Source of the DNA: Myxococcaceae bacterium
GTDB lineage: Bacteria; Myxococcota; Myxococcia; Myxococcales; Myxococcaceae
Reading direction: 5' to 3'
DNA length: 64,000 nt
NCBI GenBank assembly: GCA_016793725.1
Contig: JAEUJP010000398.1
Coordinates: 240-64,239, forward strand
Positions within the stretch are counted from its first letter, which is position 1. Each line of letters opens with the position of its first letter. Position numbers and translations under genes: made by a program. The notes under the pieces are model-generated. The model was not told the origin of the DNA and ran no database searches. It saw only the letters and a program-made list of their open reading frames with translations. This document shows, piece after piece, positions 53,102-62,653 of the stretch.

Positions 53102-54919
53102 ATGAAAAGGCTCCTGGTCGCAGTCCTGGTGTTGCAGTCGTGCGCGATGATGGAAAAGAGCGCCCCCGCCTCCGACAAGCGCGAGAGCGTCACGTACAAG
53201 AAGACCTCCGAGTACGGCTTCGAAGACGAAGGCATCGAGGGCGACCTCACCAAACCCGACGGCGAGTACGTCGACGCGCGCAAGAAGGTTCATCACGGCC
53301 ATGTGGCGAAGGTGCCCGAGCGCCTCCCCAACAGCGGCGCCGCCTCGAAGGCGATGACCGACTTGCCCTTGCGCACGCCCACCCCCGACGTCACCGTCGA
53401 GAAGCCCGTCGACCCGAAGCAGCGGTTCGACTTCAACGGCCTCGAGGTCGACGGCAACAAGCGCCCCGTCGCCGAGAACCGCACCGAGACCGAGACGGGC
53501 ATGTTGCTGCAGCACTACGGCGTCAACCCGACCATCGACACCTCGGCCGAGCGCGTCTCGACGTTCGCCGCCGACGTCGACACCGGCAGCTACACGCTCG
53601 CGCGCGGCTACCTCGAGCGAAACCAGCTGCCGCCCGAGGCCGCCGTGCGCGTCGAAGAGTTCGTGAACGCCTTCGACTACGGCTACCGCCCGCCCGAGCG
53701 CGAGGCCTTCGCCGTTCAGGTCGAAGCGTTTCCCTCGCCGTACCGCAAGGGCTACCACGTGCTGCACGTCGGCCTGAAAGGCCGCGAGGTGAAGGCCGAG
53801 GCGCGCAAGAACGCCGCGCTCACGTTCGTCATCGACGTCTCGGGCAGCATGCAGCAGGAAAATCGGCTGCCGATGGCGAAGCGCGCCATGGCGATGTTGA
53901 CCGAGCAGCTGCGCGAGACCGACAGCGTCGCCATCGTCGTCTACGGCGACACCGCGCACACCGTGCTCGAGCCAACGCCGGCCTCGAAGAAAGACGTCAT
54001 CTACGCCGCGCTCGAGGGCCTGCGCAGCGAGGGCAGCACCAACGTGCAGGCCGGCCTCGACCTCGGGTACTCGGTCGCGCTGCGCCACTTCAAGGGCGGC
54101 GGCACGAACCGCGTCATTCTCTGCAGCGACGGCGTCGCGAACAACGGCATCACGTCGGCCGACGGCATCTACGCGCGCGTGAAGGGCAAGGCGAGCGAGG
54201 GCATCACGCTGACGACGGTCGGCTTCGGCATGGGCTCGTACAACGACGTGCTGATGGAGCGCCTCGCCGACCAGGGCGACGGCAACTACGCCTACGTCGA
54301 CAAGCTCGACGAGGCCCGGCGCATCTTCGTCGAGCAGCTCACCGGCACGCTCGAGGTCATCGCCAAAGACGTGAAGCTGCAGCTCGAGTTCAACCCCGAG
54401 GCCGTCGAGCGCTACCGCCTGCTCGGCTTCGAGAACCGCAGCTTGAAAAAAGAAGACTTCGCCAACGACAAGGTCGACGCGGGCGAGCTCGGCGCGGGCC
54501 ACAGCGTGACCGCCATCTACGAGGTGAAGCTGAAGAGCCGCAGCCCGAAGTTCTTCGCCACGTTCCGCGCGCGCTACAAGCAGCCGCAGGGCGGGCAGAG
54601 CGCGCTGGTCGAGAAGGCGCTCCCGATGGAGGTCGTGCGCGACTCGCTCGGCGGCGCCACCGGCCCGACGCGCATGTCGCTGGTGGCGGCGGGGTTCGCC
54701 GAGAAGCTGCGCGGCAGCTACTGGGCTCGCAACCTCTCGTGGGACGACCTGCTCGCCACCTGGGAGCTGCTGCCACCCGCGCTCAAAGACCGCCAGCAGT
54801 CGAAGGAGCTGCGCGACCTCATTCTCACCGCGAAGCGCCTCGACCACCGCCCCGACCGCTGGGAAAAAGAAGTGCCGCTCGCCCAGATGGACTTCGACCG
54901 CATCCCCGTCTTGAGGTGA
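53102..54919 (+). CDS. Secreted von Willebrand factor A protein (YfbK/DUF3520-like)
   Basis: MKRLLVAVLVLQSC lipobox. STFAADVDTGSYTLARGYL...EEFVNAFDY, and MIDAS motif VIDVSGSM. Confidence 0.9.
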   Translation: MKRLLVAVLVLQSCAMMEKSAPASDKRESVTYKKTSEYGFEDEGIEGDLTKPDGEYVDARKKVHHGHVAKVPERLPNSGAASKAMTDLPLRTPTPDVTVEKPVDPKQRFDFNGLEVDGNKRPVAENRTETETGMLLQHYGVNPTIDTSAERVSTFAADVDTGSYTLARGYLERNQLPPEAAVRVEEFVNAFDYGYRPPEREAFAVQVEAFPSPYRKGYHVLHVGLKGREVKAEARKNAALTFVIDVSGSMQQENRLPMAKRAMAMLTEQLRETDSVAIVVYGDTAHTVLEPTPASKKDVIYAALEGLRSEGSTNVQAGLDLGYSVALRHFKGGGTNRVILCSDGVANNGITSADGIYARVKGKASEGITLTTVGFGMGSYNDVLMERLADQGDGNYAYVDKLDEARRIFVEQLTGTLEVIAKDVKLQLEFNPEAVERYRLLGFENRSLKKEDFANDKVDAGELGAGHSVTAIYEVKLKSRSPKFFATFRARYKQPQGGQSALVEKALPMEVVRDSLGGATGPTRMSLVAAGFAEKLRGSYWARNLSWDDLLATWELLPPALKDRQQSKELRDLILTAKRLDHRPDRWEKEVPLAQMDFDRIPVLR

Positions 54920-56541
54920 GCTGGCGGCTCGCACCCGCAGTGCTCGTGCTCGCGGCGTTCATCGCCGCGCTCACGCAGGTGTTTGCGCGCGAAGAGCGCG
55001 ACGCCATCGAAGAAATCGACGGCCGGCGCCGCGCCCTCGAGCAGTACGCCGCCGCCTCGCTGCAGCGCCGACTGCACGACGCGCTCGCCTCGGCGCTGCC
55101 CCGCATCGACGCGGCCGCCAAAGACCCGCTCGTCGACGCCGAGGGCACGCTGCTCATCAGCGAAGGCGTGCGCGTTCTTCCCCCCGCTCCACCGCAGCCC
55201 ATCTCTGGAGCCCTCGCCGACGACGACGAAGCCAGCGAGCTGCCCTTCGTCGCCGCCGTGCGCGACGCGAAAGACCACGCCGCCCTCGAGGCCGCCGTGC
55301 GCGGCCTGCTCGCCCACCGCGCCCGCTGGCGCACCCCGGTCGAGCACGACGTCGAGGCCGTCACCCAGGTCGTCGAGCTGCTGCTCGAGCGGGGCACCCC
55401 CACGCTGCTGAAGGGGCTCTTGCGAGAGGGCTTTCAGGGGCAAGACGGGCTGCAGCGCCGAATCTTGCGCGGCCGCACGCAGCTCGAGCCCGCGACCCTC
55501 GCTCGACTCTGCGCGCGGGTGGCCCTGCTCTCGCGACGCGCGCAGATACCCGCCGACGACTTCGAGGCCCGCTGCGCCGAAGAGCCCATCGCCGACGGCG
55601 CCCTGCCCGACCCCGCCGCGCTGCCTGAAGGCCCGACGCAGCTGCAGGGCTGGTACGTCGAACGAGAGGGCAGCCTCGTGCGCGGCGTGCGCATCGACCT
55701 CGAGCACGAGCGCGCCGCAGTTCGCGAGCAGATGCGCACCCTCGGCCTCGTCGGCCCCGCCGACTGGGAGGCCGCCACCTCGCGCGCCCGCTCGCTCTTT
55801 CGCCTCAAGGCCGGCCTGCTCGGGCTCGTCGGCGCGCTCGGCCTGCTCGCCGCCGGCCTCGTCAGCGTCGCCCAGCGCCGCAAGCAGCGCTTCGTCGAGC
55901 TGAAAGAAGACTTCGTCGCCGCGGTCAGCCACGAGCTGAAGACGCCGCTCGCGTCGATGCGCGTGATGGCCGAGACGCTCGAGACCCGGCTTACGGGCAA
56001 CCCGCAGGCGAAAGACTACCCGCAGCGCCTCGTCAGCGAGGTCGACGGCCTCACCGCGCTCGTCGAGAACATCTTGTCGTTCAACCGCCTCGACAAGGGC
56101 CGGCTGAAGCCGCAGCTCTCGCGCGTCTCGCTGGCGTCGCTGGTGCCGGTGCTGCGCGACGACGCTCCGAAGGCGAGCGTCACGTTCGACGGCTTCGACG
56201 GCGCGGTGCTCGAGGCCGACGCCGAGCTGCTCAAGCTGTGCCTGCTGAACCTGTTGCGCAACGCGTGCCGCTACAACGTGCGCGAGACGCCCGAGGTGCG
56301 GTTCTCGTTCGACGGCCGGGTCATGCGCGTCGCCGACAACGGCATCGGCATACCGGTGAGCGAGCACGAGCGCGTGTTCGACGACTTCGTGCGGCTGAAG
56401 GCGGTGCCGCGGGCGGGCACGGGCCTCGGCCTGGCGCTGTGCCGGCGCGTGATGCAGCTGCACGGTGGCAGCATCGGCATCGAGCGCTCGAGCCCCGAAG
56501 GCACCGTGTTTGCGCTGCGCTTCGCGACCCCTCGCGCCTAA
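54916..56541 (+). CDS. Sensor histidine kinase (HisKA/HATPase_c)
   Basis: GTG start overlaps the VWA stop (GTGA). H-box FVAAVSHELKTPL, LLRNACRYN, DNGIGIP and GTGLGLALC. Only the last 541 codons of ORF 52975..56541 are used. Confidence 0.9.
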   Translation: MSWRLAPAVLVLAAFIAALTQVFAREERDAIEEIDGRRRALEQYAAASLQRRLHDALASALPRIDAAAKDPLVDAEGTLLISEGVRVLPPAPPQPISGALADDDEASELPFVAAVRDAKDHAALEAAVRGLLAHRARWRTPVEHDVEAVTQVVELLLERGTPTLLKGLLREGFQGQDGLQRRILRGRTQLEPATLARLCARVALLSRRAQIPADDFEARCAEEPIADGALPDPAALPEGPTQLQGWYVEREGSLVRGVRIDLEHERAAVREQMRTLGLVGPADWEAATSRARSLFRLKAGLLGLVGALGLLAAGLVSVAQRRKQRFVELKEDFVAAVSHELKTPLASMRVMAETLETRLTGNPQAKDYPQRLVSEVDGLTALVENILSFNRLDKGRLKPQLSRVSLASLVPVLRDDAPKASVTFDGFDGAVLEADAELLKLCLLNLLRNACRYNVRETPEVRFSFDGRVMRVADNGIGIPVSEHERVFDDFVRLKAVPRAGTGLGLALCRRVMQLHGGSIGIERSSPEGTVFALRFATPRA

Positions 56542-56552
56542 GGTCGCGGGCC

Positions 56553-57413
56553 ATGACGACCCGCCTCGCCGCCGTGGTGCTGTGCCTCTGCTTCGTCGCC
56601 GCCTGCAAGAAGTCAGACCCGCCTCAGACCGAACCTGCGGCGAAGGGCGAGCAGAAGCAGGAGTCACGGTCGAAGGGCACGAGCGTCAAGCTGACGCTGG
56701 CGGCTCCGAAGGTGGGGGCGAAGTACAGCGTGAAGAACGACACGCTGGTGTCGATGACGGCGCTGGGGGCCGAGATGTCGTCGAACGAGACGCGGGCGTA
56801 CGACGTCGAGGTGGTCGAGGTCGACGAAGACGCTCCGGTGAAGGCGAACGTGAAGTACACGGCGGCGAAGACGGTCGAGGTCGAAGAGGGCAAGCCGGTG
56901 CCGCCGACCGAGTCGCCGCTGCTGGGCAAGTCGTACGTGGTGTCGCTGCAAGGCGAAGAGGTGGTGGCGACCGACGCGAAGGGCGTGAAGGTGAGCGAAG
57001 AAGAGCTGGCGCTGATTCGCGACGACATCGACTTTCTGGGCAAGCCCGACGCGGTGCGGGTCGAGCTGGCGGCGCGCGAGTTCAAGGTGGGCGAGGCGGC
57101 GCCGGGGCTGGCCGACGCGCTGACGAAAGAGATCGCCGACGGTGCGGCCGAGAGCGGCGAAGAGAGCGACATCAAGTTCAGCGAGGTGAAGGTGGTGCTG
57201 AGCGAAGACAAGGGCACGCACGCGGTGTTCACGGTGACGCTGAAGATGGATCAGAAGGTCGAAGAGGCGCCGATGAGCGCGAAGCTGTCGGGCACGGTCG
57301 AAGCACGAAAGAGCGACGCTGAAATCACGAAGCTCGAGCTGTCGGGCCCGCTCGAGCTGGGCGGCGGGCTCGCGAGCGGCAAGATGTCGATTGCGTCGGT
57401 GCGCACCGAATAG
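56553..57413 (+). CDS. Acidic lipoprotein, hypothetical
   Basis: MTTRLAAVVLCLCFVAAC lipobox, in frame within ORF 56238..57413. Confidence 0.75.
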   Translation: MTTRLAAVVLCLCFVAACKKSDPPQTEPAAKGEQKQESRSKGTSVKLTLAAPKVGAKYSVKNDTLVSMTALGAEMSSNETRAYDVEVVEVDEDAPVKANVKYTAAKTVEVEEGKPVPPTESPLLGKSYVVSLQGEEVVATDAKGVKVSEEELALIRDDIDFLGKPDAVRVELAAREFKVGEAAPGLADALTKEIADGAAESGEESDIKFSEVKVVLSEDKGTHAVFTVTLKMDQKVEEAPMSAKLSGTVEARKSDAEITKLELSGPLELGGGLASGKMSIASVRTE

Positions 57414-57622
57414 GGCCAGGCTGATTTTTCGACGCCGAACCGCTCGAAGACCAGGCAGAAGCCCGTTCGAAAAACCTGCCTGTCCCTTCGGCAGAGGGCC
57501 ACACGAAGAGCCGGTTCGACAGCGGCGCGGCGCCGGCCGAAGTCGAGGCGACGGTCGACGTCGACCGTGCGGTGGCGCGACGAAATTGGTGGAAGCACTT
57601 CTCGAGCCCGTAGACTCGAAGC

Positions 57623-58306
57623 ATGCCGGCCTCCGTCCTCATCGTCGAAGACGACGCGAACCTGCGGCTGACGCTCGAAGACAACCTGAAGGAGCAGGGC
57701 TACGCCGTACGCGTCGCAGCCTCGGTGGCCGAGGGCTGGCAGGCGCTCGACGCCGCCCCCGCCGACGTCGTGGTGCTCGACCTGATGTTGCCCGACGGCG
57801 ACGGCTACACGTTCTGCAAGAAGGTGCGCGAGAAGCGGCTCGCGGCGCGCGTGCTGATGTTGACGGCGCGCAGCCTCGAAGAAGACCTGGTGCGCGGCTT
57901 CGATGCGGGCGCCGACGACTACCTCGCGAAGCCGTACCGGCTGCGCGAGCTCTACGCGCGCGTCGCGGCGCTGGTGCGGCGCGGCCCGGCCGAGAGTGCG
58001 GGCGCGGCGACGCACACGTTCGGCCCGTTCACCGTCGACGTCGCGACGCGCGCGGTGACCGGCCCCAGCGGCGCGGTCGAGCTCACGCGCAAAGAGTTCG
58101 ACCTGCTCGTCATGCTGCTCGAGAGCGGCGGCAAGGTCTTGAGCCGCGACGAAATTCTCGACCGCGTGTGGGGCGACGTCGTGGTCGACCTGCACACGGT
58201 CGACAACTTCGTGTCGTCGCTGAAGAAGAAGCTGGCCGTGAAGAAGGGCGCGGCGGGCTTCGAGCTGAAGACGGTACGGGGCGTGGGTTTTCGCTGGGTG
58301 TGTTAA
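57623..58306 (+). CDS. OmpR/PhoB-family response regulator
   Basis: Receiver motifs (VLIVEDD, VVLDLMLPDGDG, LTAR, DDYLAKP) plus a winged-helix C-terminus (LTRKEFDLLVML...TVDNFVSSLKKKL...TVRGVGFRW). Confidence 0.95.
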   Translation: MPASVLIVEDDANLRLTLEDNLKEQGYAVRVAASVAEGWQALDAAPADVVVLDLMLPDGDGYTFCKKVREKRLAARVLMLTARSLEEDLVRGFDAGADDYLAKPYRLRELYARVAALVRRGPAESAGAATHTFGPFTVDVATRAVTGPSGAVELTRKEFDLLVMLLESGGKVLSRDEILDRVWGDVVVDLHTVDNFVSSLKKKLAVKKGAAGFELKTVRGVGFRWVC

Positions 58307-58318
58307 GCGCTGCGGCCA

Positions 58319-58843
58319 ATGCTCCGACTGCTCTGCGTGGCCGTGGTGTTGTCTGGTTGTTCGAACCTCATCGTGGTGCGCGGCAGCTCGAACGACTTCT
58401 TGAAGCGAAAGGCGACGAGCGTGGTGCTGAACGCGCCGCAGAAGGTGGTTCAAGAGCGGCTCGACGAGATGTTCGAGCGCAAGGGCTTCAGGCCGTACTC
58501 GAGCACGCCGGGCGAAAACGGCTCGCAGGTGCTCATCTACCGCGGGTCACGCCGGGTGCCGCGCGAGGCGCAGGCGTACGGCATCGAGCTGGGCTCGTGG
58601 TTCGCGGCGCGGGTGGCGACGGTCGAGGGCAACCAGACCGAGGTGACGCTGATGGGTAAGCCGATGGTGGGCGCGGTCGAAATCTGCTCCGAGCACGACA
58701 ACCTGCTGAACGACATCAAGTACGTGTGCAGCGACACGAAGGTGCCGCCCGACTGGGCCGGCAAGAACCTGGTGTCGGGGCGCGACGAGACCGAGGTCGT
58801 GTCGGGCGTGCTGAGCGACCTGTACGAGCGCCTGAAGCACTGA
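58319..58843 (+). CDS. Lipoprotein, hypothetical
   Basis: MLRLLCVAVVLSGC lipobox. Confidence 0.75.
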   Translation: MLRLLCVAVVLSGCSNLIVVRGSSNDFLKRKATSVVLNAPQKVVQERLDEMFERKGFRPYSSTPGENGSQVLIYRGSRRVPREAQAYGIELGSWFAARVATVEGNQTEVTLMGKPMVGAVEICSEHDNLLNDIKYVCSDTKVPPDWAGKNLVSGRDETEVVSGVLSDLYERLKH

Positions 58844-58858
58844 GCCCTACTCAGTCGT

Positions 58859-59602
58859 TCACCGCAGCACGAAGCCGACACCGAACGGCAGCTTCGGCAG
58901 TGCGTGGGTGACGTCGTCTTTCGCGAGCGCCCACGCGGCGTGCGAGCGCAGGCGCCGGTACCCGCCGATGATGACGATGAGCGGTATCGGGAAGAGCAGC
59001 AGGGCGGCGGGCCCGGCGAACGGCGCGACGAAGAGCGCGGCGTCGTAGGTGCCGTGCAGAAAGATGGCGATGGCGAGGCCGCCGAGCAGCCCGGGGCCGG
59101 TGCCGTCGAAGCGCTTCTTGGCGGCGTAGTGGCCGGTGAAGGCGCCCCACATCGCGTGGCCGGGCACGGCGAGCATGGCGCGCAAGATGAACATCGAGAT
59201 CATGCTGCCGATGCTCTCGGCGCCGAGCAGGTAGCCGACGTTCTCGACGAGCGCGAACCCGAGCCCGGCGCGCGCGCCGTAGACGATGCCGTCGAAGCGC
59301 TCGTTGAACGCCGGGTGCCGCCACACGGCGAGCCAGAGGCAGATGGCCTTCGCGGTCTCTTCGGTGAGGGCCGCGACGACGTAGGCGGTGAACACACCCT
59401 CGGCGGCGTTCGTGGGGGCGACCTTGCCGCCGCCCGACAGCACCACCTGAATCACGATGCAGGGAATCGTGGCGAGACCGCCGAAGAGCGCCGTGCGACG
59501 GAGCAGCGACTTCGGCTCGGGGCGCTTGGCGTCGTGCGTCTCGACGTACCACATGAGAAAAATCGCGGGCACGGTGCCGGCCAGGGCGACCAGAAAGTTC
59601 AT
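58859..59602 (-). CDS. prsW: PrsW-family intramembrane metalloprotease
   Basis: EETAKA, FALVEN and HGTYDA motifs in a polytopic membrane protein. Confidence 0.85.
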   Translation of the reverse strand: MNFLVALAGTVPAIFLMWYVETHDAKRPEPKSLLRRTALFGGLATIPCIVIQVVLSGGGKVAPTNAAEGVFTAYVVAALTEETAKAICLWLAVWRHPAFNERFDGIVYGARAGLGFALVENVGYLLGAESIGSMISMFILRAMLAVPGHAMWGAFTGHYAAKKRFDGTGPGLLGGLAIAIFLHGTYDAALFVAPFAGPAALLLFPIPLIVIIGGYRRLRSHAAWALAKDDVTHALPKLPFGVGFVLR

Positions 59603-59628
59603 GGGCGTGGCAGCATAGCGCGCAGAAC

Positions 59629-59892
59629 ATGAGCTCCGTGCTGGTGTGGTTCCCGGGTCTGGTCGCGCTCGCCGCGTGGCTGTTGGCGTTCGTCTCTGCG
59701 GTGTCGATGGTGAAGCACCGCAGCGAGGGGGTGTCGCGGTTCTGGCTGATGACGCACGGCATCGCGTTCTTCACGGGCACCGCGTTCAAGCCCGAGGCGG
59801 CTCCGCACCGGCGGCGATTTCTCATCGGCATCGGCGTGTTCTTCGGCGCGCTGGTGCTGATGTCGGCGATGTCGGCGGTGTTGGGTGCCTAG
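59629..59892 (+). CDS. Small membrane protein (87 aa)
   Basis: Three hydrophobic segments. Divergent from prsW. Confidence 0.5.
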   Translation: MSSVLVWFPGLVALAAWLLAFVSAVSMVKHRSEGVSRFWLMTHGIAFFTGTAFKPEAAPHRRRFLIGIGVFFGALVLMSAMSAVLGA

Positions 59893-59902
59893 AGTGCCGC
59901 GC

Positions 59903-60427
59903 ATGGAGCGCATCGGCGTCGTCTCGGACACGCACGGCCTGTTCGACGAGAAGCTCGCTCGGCTCTTCGAGGGCGTGTCGCTGATTCTGCACGGCGGCGA
60001 CATCGGCGAGCCGGGCGTGCTGACGCGGCTCACCGAAATCGCGCCGGTGCGCGCGGTGGCGGGCAACAACGACACGGGGCCGTGGGCGCGCGAGCTGCCG
60101 GCGGCGCGCGTCGAGCGGGTGGGCGGTTCGGTGCCGGTGCTCGTCGTGCACGACCTCGGCAAGCCGGCCGCGCCGACGGTGAAGGTGCAGTTTCTGCTCT
60201 CGGCCGAAGACCCGCGCGTCGTGGTGAGCGGGCACAGCCACAAGGGCGAGCTCGTCGTTCACGACGGCCGGCTGTTCGTGAACCCGGGCGGCGCGGGAAA
60301 GAAGCGGTTCAAGCTGCTGCGCAGCGCGGCGGTGCTCGAGGTGTCGAAGGGCGAGGTGGTGGCGCGGCTGTTCTCGCTCGAAGACGACGCGCTGCCGCAG
60401 GTGGCCGAGGCGCGGCTGGCGAGGTAG
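59903..60427 (+). CDS. YfcE/MJ0936-type metallophosphoesterase
   Basis: MERIGVVSDTHG, HGGDIG, GNND and GHSH motifs. Confidence 0.85.
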   Translation: MERIGVVSDTHGLFDEKLARLFEGVSLILHGGDIGEPGVLTRLTEIAPVRAVAGNNDTGPWARELPAARVERVGGSVPVLVVHDLGKPAAPTVKVQFLLSAEDPRVVVSGHSHKGELVVHDGRLFVNPGGAGKKRFKLLRSAAVLEVSKGEVVARLFSLEDDALPQVAEARLAR

Positions 60428-60449
60428 CGCGACGCGGCTCCGTTGCCGC

Positions 60450-60576
60450 CACGGACATCTGTACAGTCTTCGAGGGGCCGACCCTCTTTTGTGACGACGG
60501 ACAGTCGTCCGCGCGGACACCGGTCCGTCGTCTGCAAACGATGGTCGGTACCGCCAAGACTGTACAGATGTCCGTG
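60450..60576. repeat. 21-bp perfect inverted repeat (85-bp spacer) with nested hairpin
   Basis: cacggacatctgtacagtctt (60450-60470) versus aagactgtacagatgtccgtg (60556-60576). Inner pair gacgacggac / gtccgtcgtc. Confidence 0.85.
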
Positions 60577-60840
60577 CGCGGCGGCGCGACGGCGACCGCG
60601 CGAAGAACGACCGCCGTTTCCCCTTTGGCGGCGGGCCCACGCGACGCAATCACCGCTGCGAAGCAGGCCGCGAGCGCTCGGGGCGTTCAGAGGCGGTTCG
60701 AAGCGCTCCGGCGCACCAGGCCGGAGGCCACGCCGCCGCGCCCGCTCGAGCATCAGACGAACCACGGCACGTCATCACGGCCGACTGCCTCATGTCGTCC
60801 GCCGACGGAGCAGCCAGCGGGCTCCGTCTCGGCGCCTGAC

Positions 60841-62337
60841 CTACTTCGGCACGGCGCCGGCGTGTGACTTCTTGCCCTTGATGTCGAGCTCGGCGACGGG
60901 GCTCTCGGCGAGCCGCTCGACCGCGTCGGCCTTGCGCGGCGCGAACGCGGTGCCGGTCGCAGCCGCCGGAGCAACCGCCGGCGTGCCCGAAGGTGGGCCG
61001 CCCCAGCGCCCGCGCACCGGGTCGGAGCACGCGATGGGCCCCTTCCACGCGTGCCGAATCGCATACCGCCCCTGAAAGTTGTTCGTGCCCGACGCGACCG
61101 CGCCCTGCTCGAGCTTCTGGCCGTCGCTCAAGAACTCGCGGCCACCGACGATGGGGCCGGCAGCCCTGAACACGAGGTCTTCGCCCAGCGAGTCTCTGTC
61201 GTACCGGGCGTGCAGGCGCGTGAGCACCATGCCGTAGGCGTTCAAGCCGCGGCGCCGCAGAATGTTGTTCTTGAGGCTCGCAATCTGCGCCTCGAGCATC
61301 TTCTTCTCTTCGGGGCGCAGGGCGTCGCCGTTCTTCAGCTCGATTTCAGGCAGCGGCTCCTTCGAGAGCGCATCGAGGCCGAGCAGCATCAGGTCGCCCT
61401 CCTGCAGCGGAGGCGTCGGGCACGGGTCGCAGCTCGACGACGTCCACGCGTACTCGGTGACGACGGCCTTCGGGGTCTTCGCAATCGTGCGGTCGAGCAG
61501 GCTCGCGTAGAACGCGCCGAACTCGTTGCGCGAGCCTTCGTGCAGGTCGATGTTCGTGGGAATCGTGACGTTCGGGTAGTTCGCGACCTCGTAGCGCTGG
61601 TTGCGCGCGATGACGTGCACGATGAGGTCTTGTTTGTCTTTGGCGTTGATCAACCCCAGCCGAATCGGCAGCGTGAACGCCTCGGAGTCGTAGTGAAACC
61701 GCAGCGGCGACAGGGCCGCCATGCCGTTCTCGAACTGAACCTTGCTCGAGTCGACGCGCGCGACGAAGAACTTCCACCCCTGCTGAATGTACGGCTTGAA
61801 CAGCGGCTCGGCGCCCTTCGGAATCTTGTATTTGTTGTCGCGCAGCCAGCGGTCGAGGCCGAGCGCGTCGTTCGCCGACAGCACCACAATCTCGTACTCG
61901 CCCACCGCGAACTGGGCCTCGACGGTGACGCCGTAGCCGGCGAGCGCGCCGGCAGCGTCCCCCTTCGCGGCCATCGCCATCGGAGCCGCCATCTTCTTCT
62001 CGCGGCGCTCGTAGTCGGGCTTCCAGCACGGGTCCTGCTCCCAGCATTCGACGAGGCGCGGCGCGGCGAGCTTGTCGACCTTCTCGAAGATGCTCTTCGG
62101 CAGCGTCTTCACGTTCTCTTTCGTCAGAATCACCGGCACGGGAATCACCATCGCGAAGTCCGACGGCGGGCCCTGGTAGTTGTTCTGCATCGAGAGCACG
62201 GTGCGCGTGCCGTCGCGCATCAGCACCACCTGGGTGGCGTTGTTGAAGAGCGACTGGTCGGCGCCCGAGACGTAGAAGCCGCAGAACGCGTGGGCGCTGC
62301 CGGCGGCGAGCACTGCGGCGGTGACGAGAAGGCGCAT
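60841..62337 (-). CDS. DUF2330-like secreted protein
   Basis: MRLLVTAAVLAAGSAHAFCGFYV... start, the family-typical AxCGxxV N-terminus, and a long conserved body. Confidence 0.8.
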   Translation of the reverse strand: MRLLVTAAVLAAGSAHAFCGFYVSGADQSLFNNATQVVLMRDGTRTVLSMQNNYQGPPSDFAMVIPVPVILTKENVKTLPKSIFEKVDKLAAPRLVECWEQDPCWKPDYERREKKMAAPMAMAAKGDAAGALAGYGVTVEAQFAVGEYEIVVLSANDALGLDRWLRDNKYKIPKGAEPLFKPYIQQGWKFFVARVDSSKVQFENGMAALSPLRFHYDSEAFTLPIRLGLINAKDKQDLIVHVIARNQRYEVANYPNVTIPTNIDLHEGSRNEFGAFYASLLDRTIAKTPKAVVTEYAWTSSSCDPCPTPPLQEGDLMLLGLDALSKEPLPEIELKNGDALRPEEKKMLEAQIASLKNNILRRRGLNAYGMVLTRLHARYDRDSLGEDLVFRAAGPIVGGREFLSDGQKLEQGAVASGTNNFQGRYAIRHAWKGPIACSDPVRGRWGGPPSGTPAVAPAAATGTAFAPRKADAVERLAESPVAELDIKGKKSHAGAVPK

Positions 62338-62389
62338 GGTGCGCGCGACCGTAGCACGCGGCACCTCGCGCGAAGAGCGTCAGACCGGT

Positions 62390-62653
62390 ATGATGGGCGG
62401 TATGACGATGGCGAAGATCGCAATCACGATTCCGCAAGACACCCTCAAGAAGGCGCGAGGAGCCATCCGGCGGAGCCGGTCGAGCCTCAGCGCCTACATC
62501 TCGACTGCAGTCGAAGACCGGGTTCAGGCAGACGATCTCGATTCGCTGCTCGATGAGATGGACCGTGAGGCGGGGCGCACTCCCATGACCCAGCGAGAGC
62601 GCAAGCAAGCGACGTCTGATCTCTACGGCCCGAGAAAGCGCAAACGAAGTTGA
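62390..62653 (+). CDS. Ribbon-helix-helix-type antitoxin
   Basis: MAKIAITIPQDTLKKARGAIRR...SLSAYISTAVE. The stop overlaps the PIN gene start. The start could be 62390 or 62408. Confidence 0.7.
   Translation: MMGGMTMAKIAITIPQDTLKKARGAIRRSRSSLSAYISTAVEDRVQADDLDSLLDEMDREAGRTPMTQRERKQATSDLYGPRKRKRS

Noticed and set aside
52975-54915. N-terminal 647 codons of the 1188-aa ORF 52975..56541.
   Set aside because: Only the part from the GTG at 54916 has kinase motifs and a TM start. The upstream part is an out-of-frame overlap of the VWA gene with Arg-rich junk translation.
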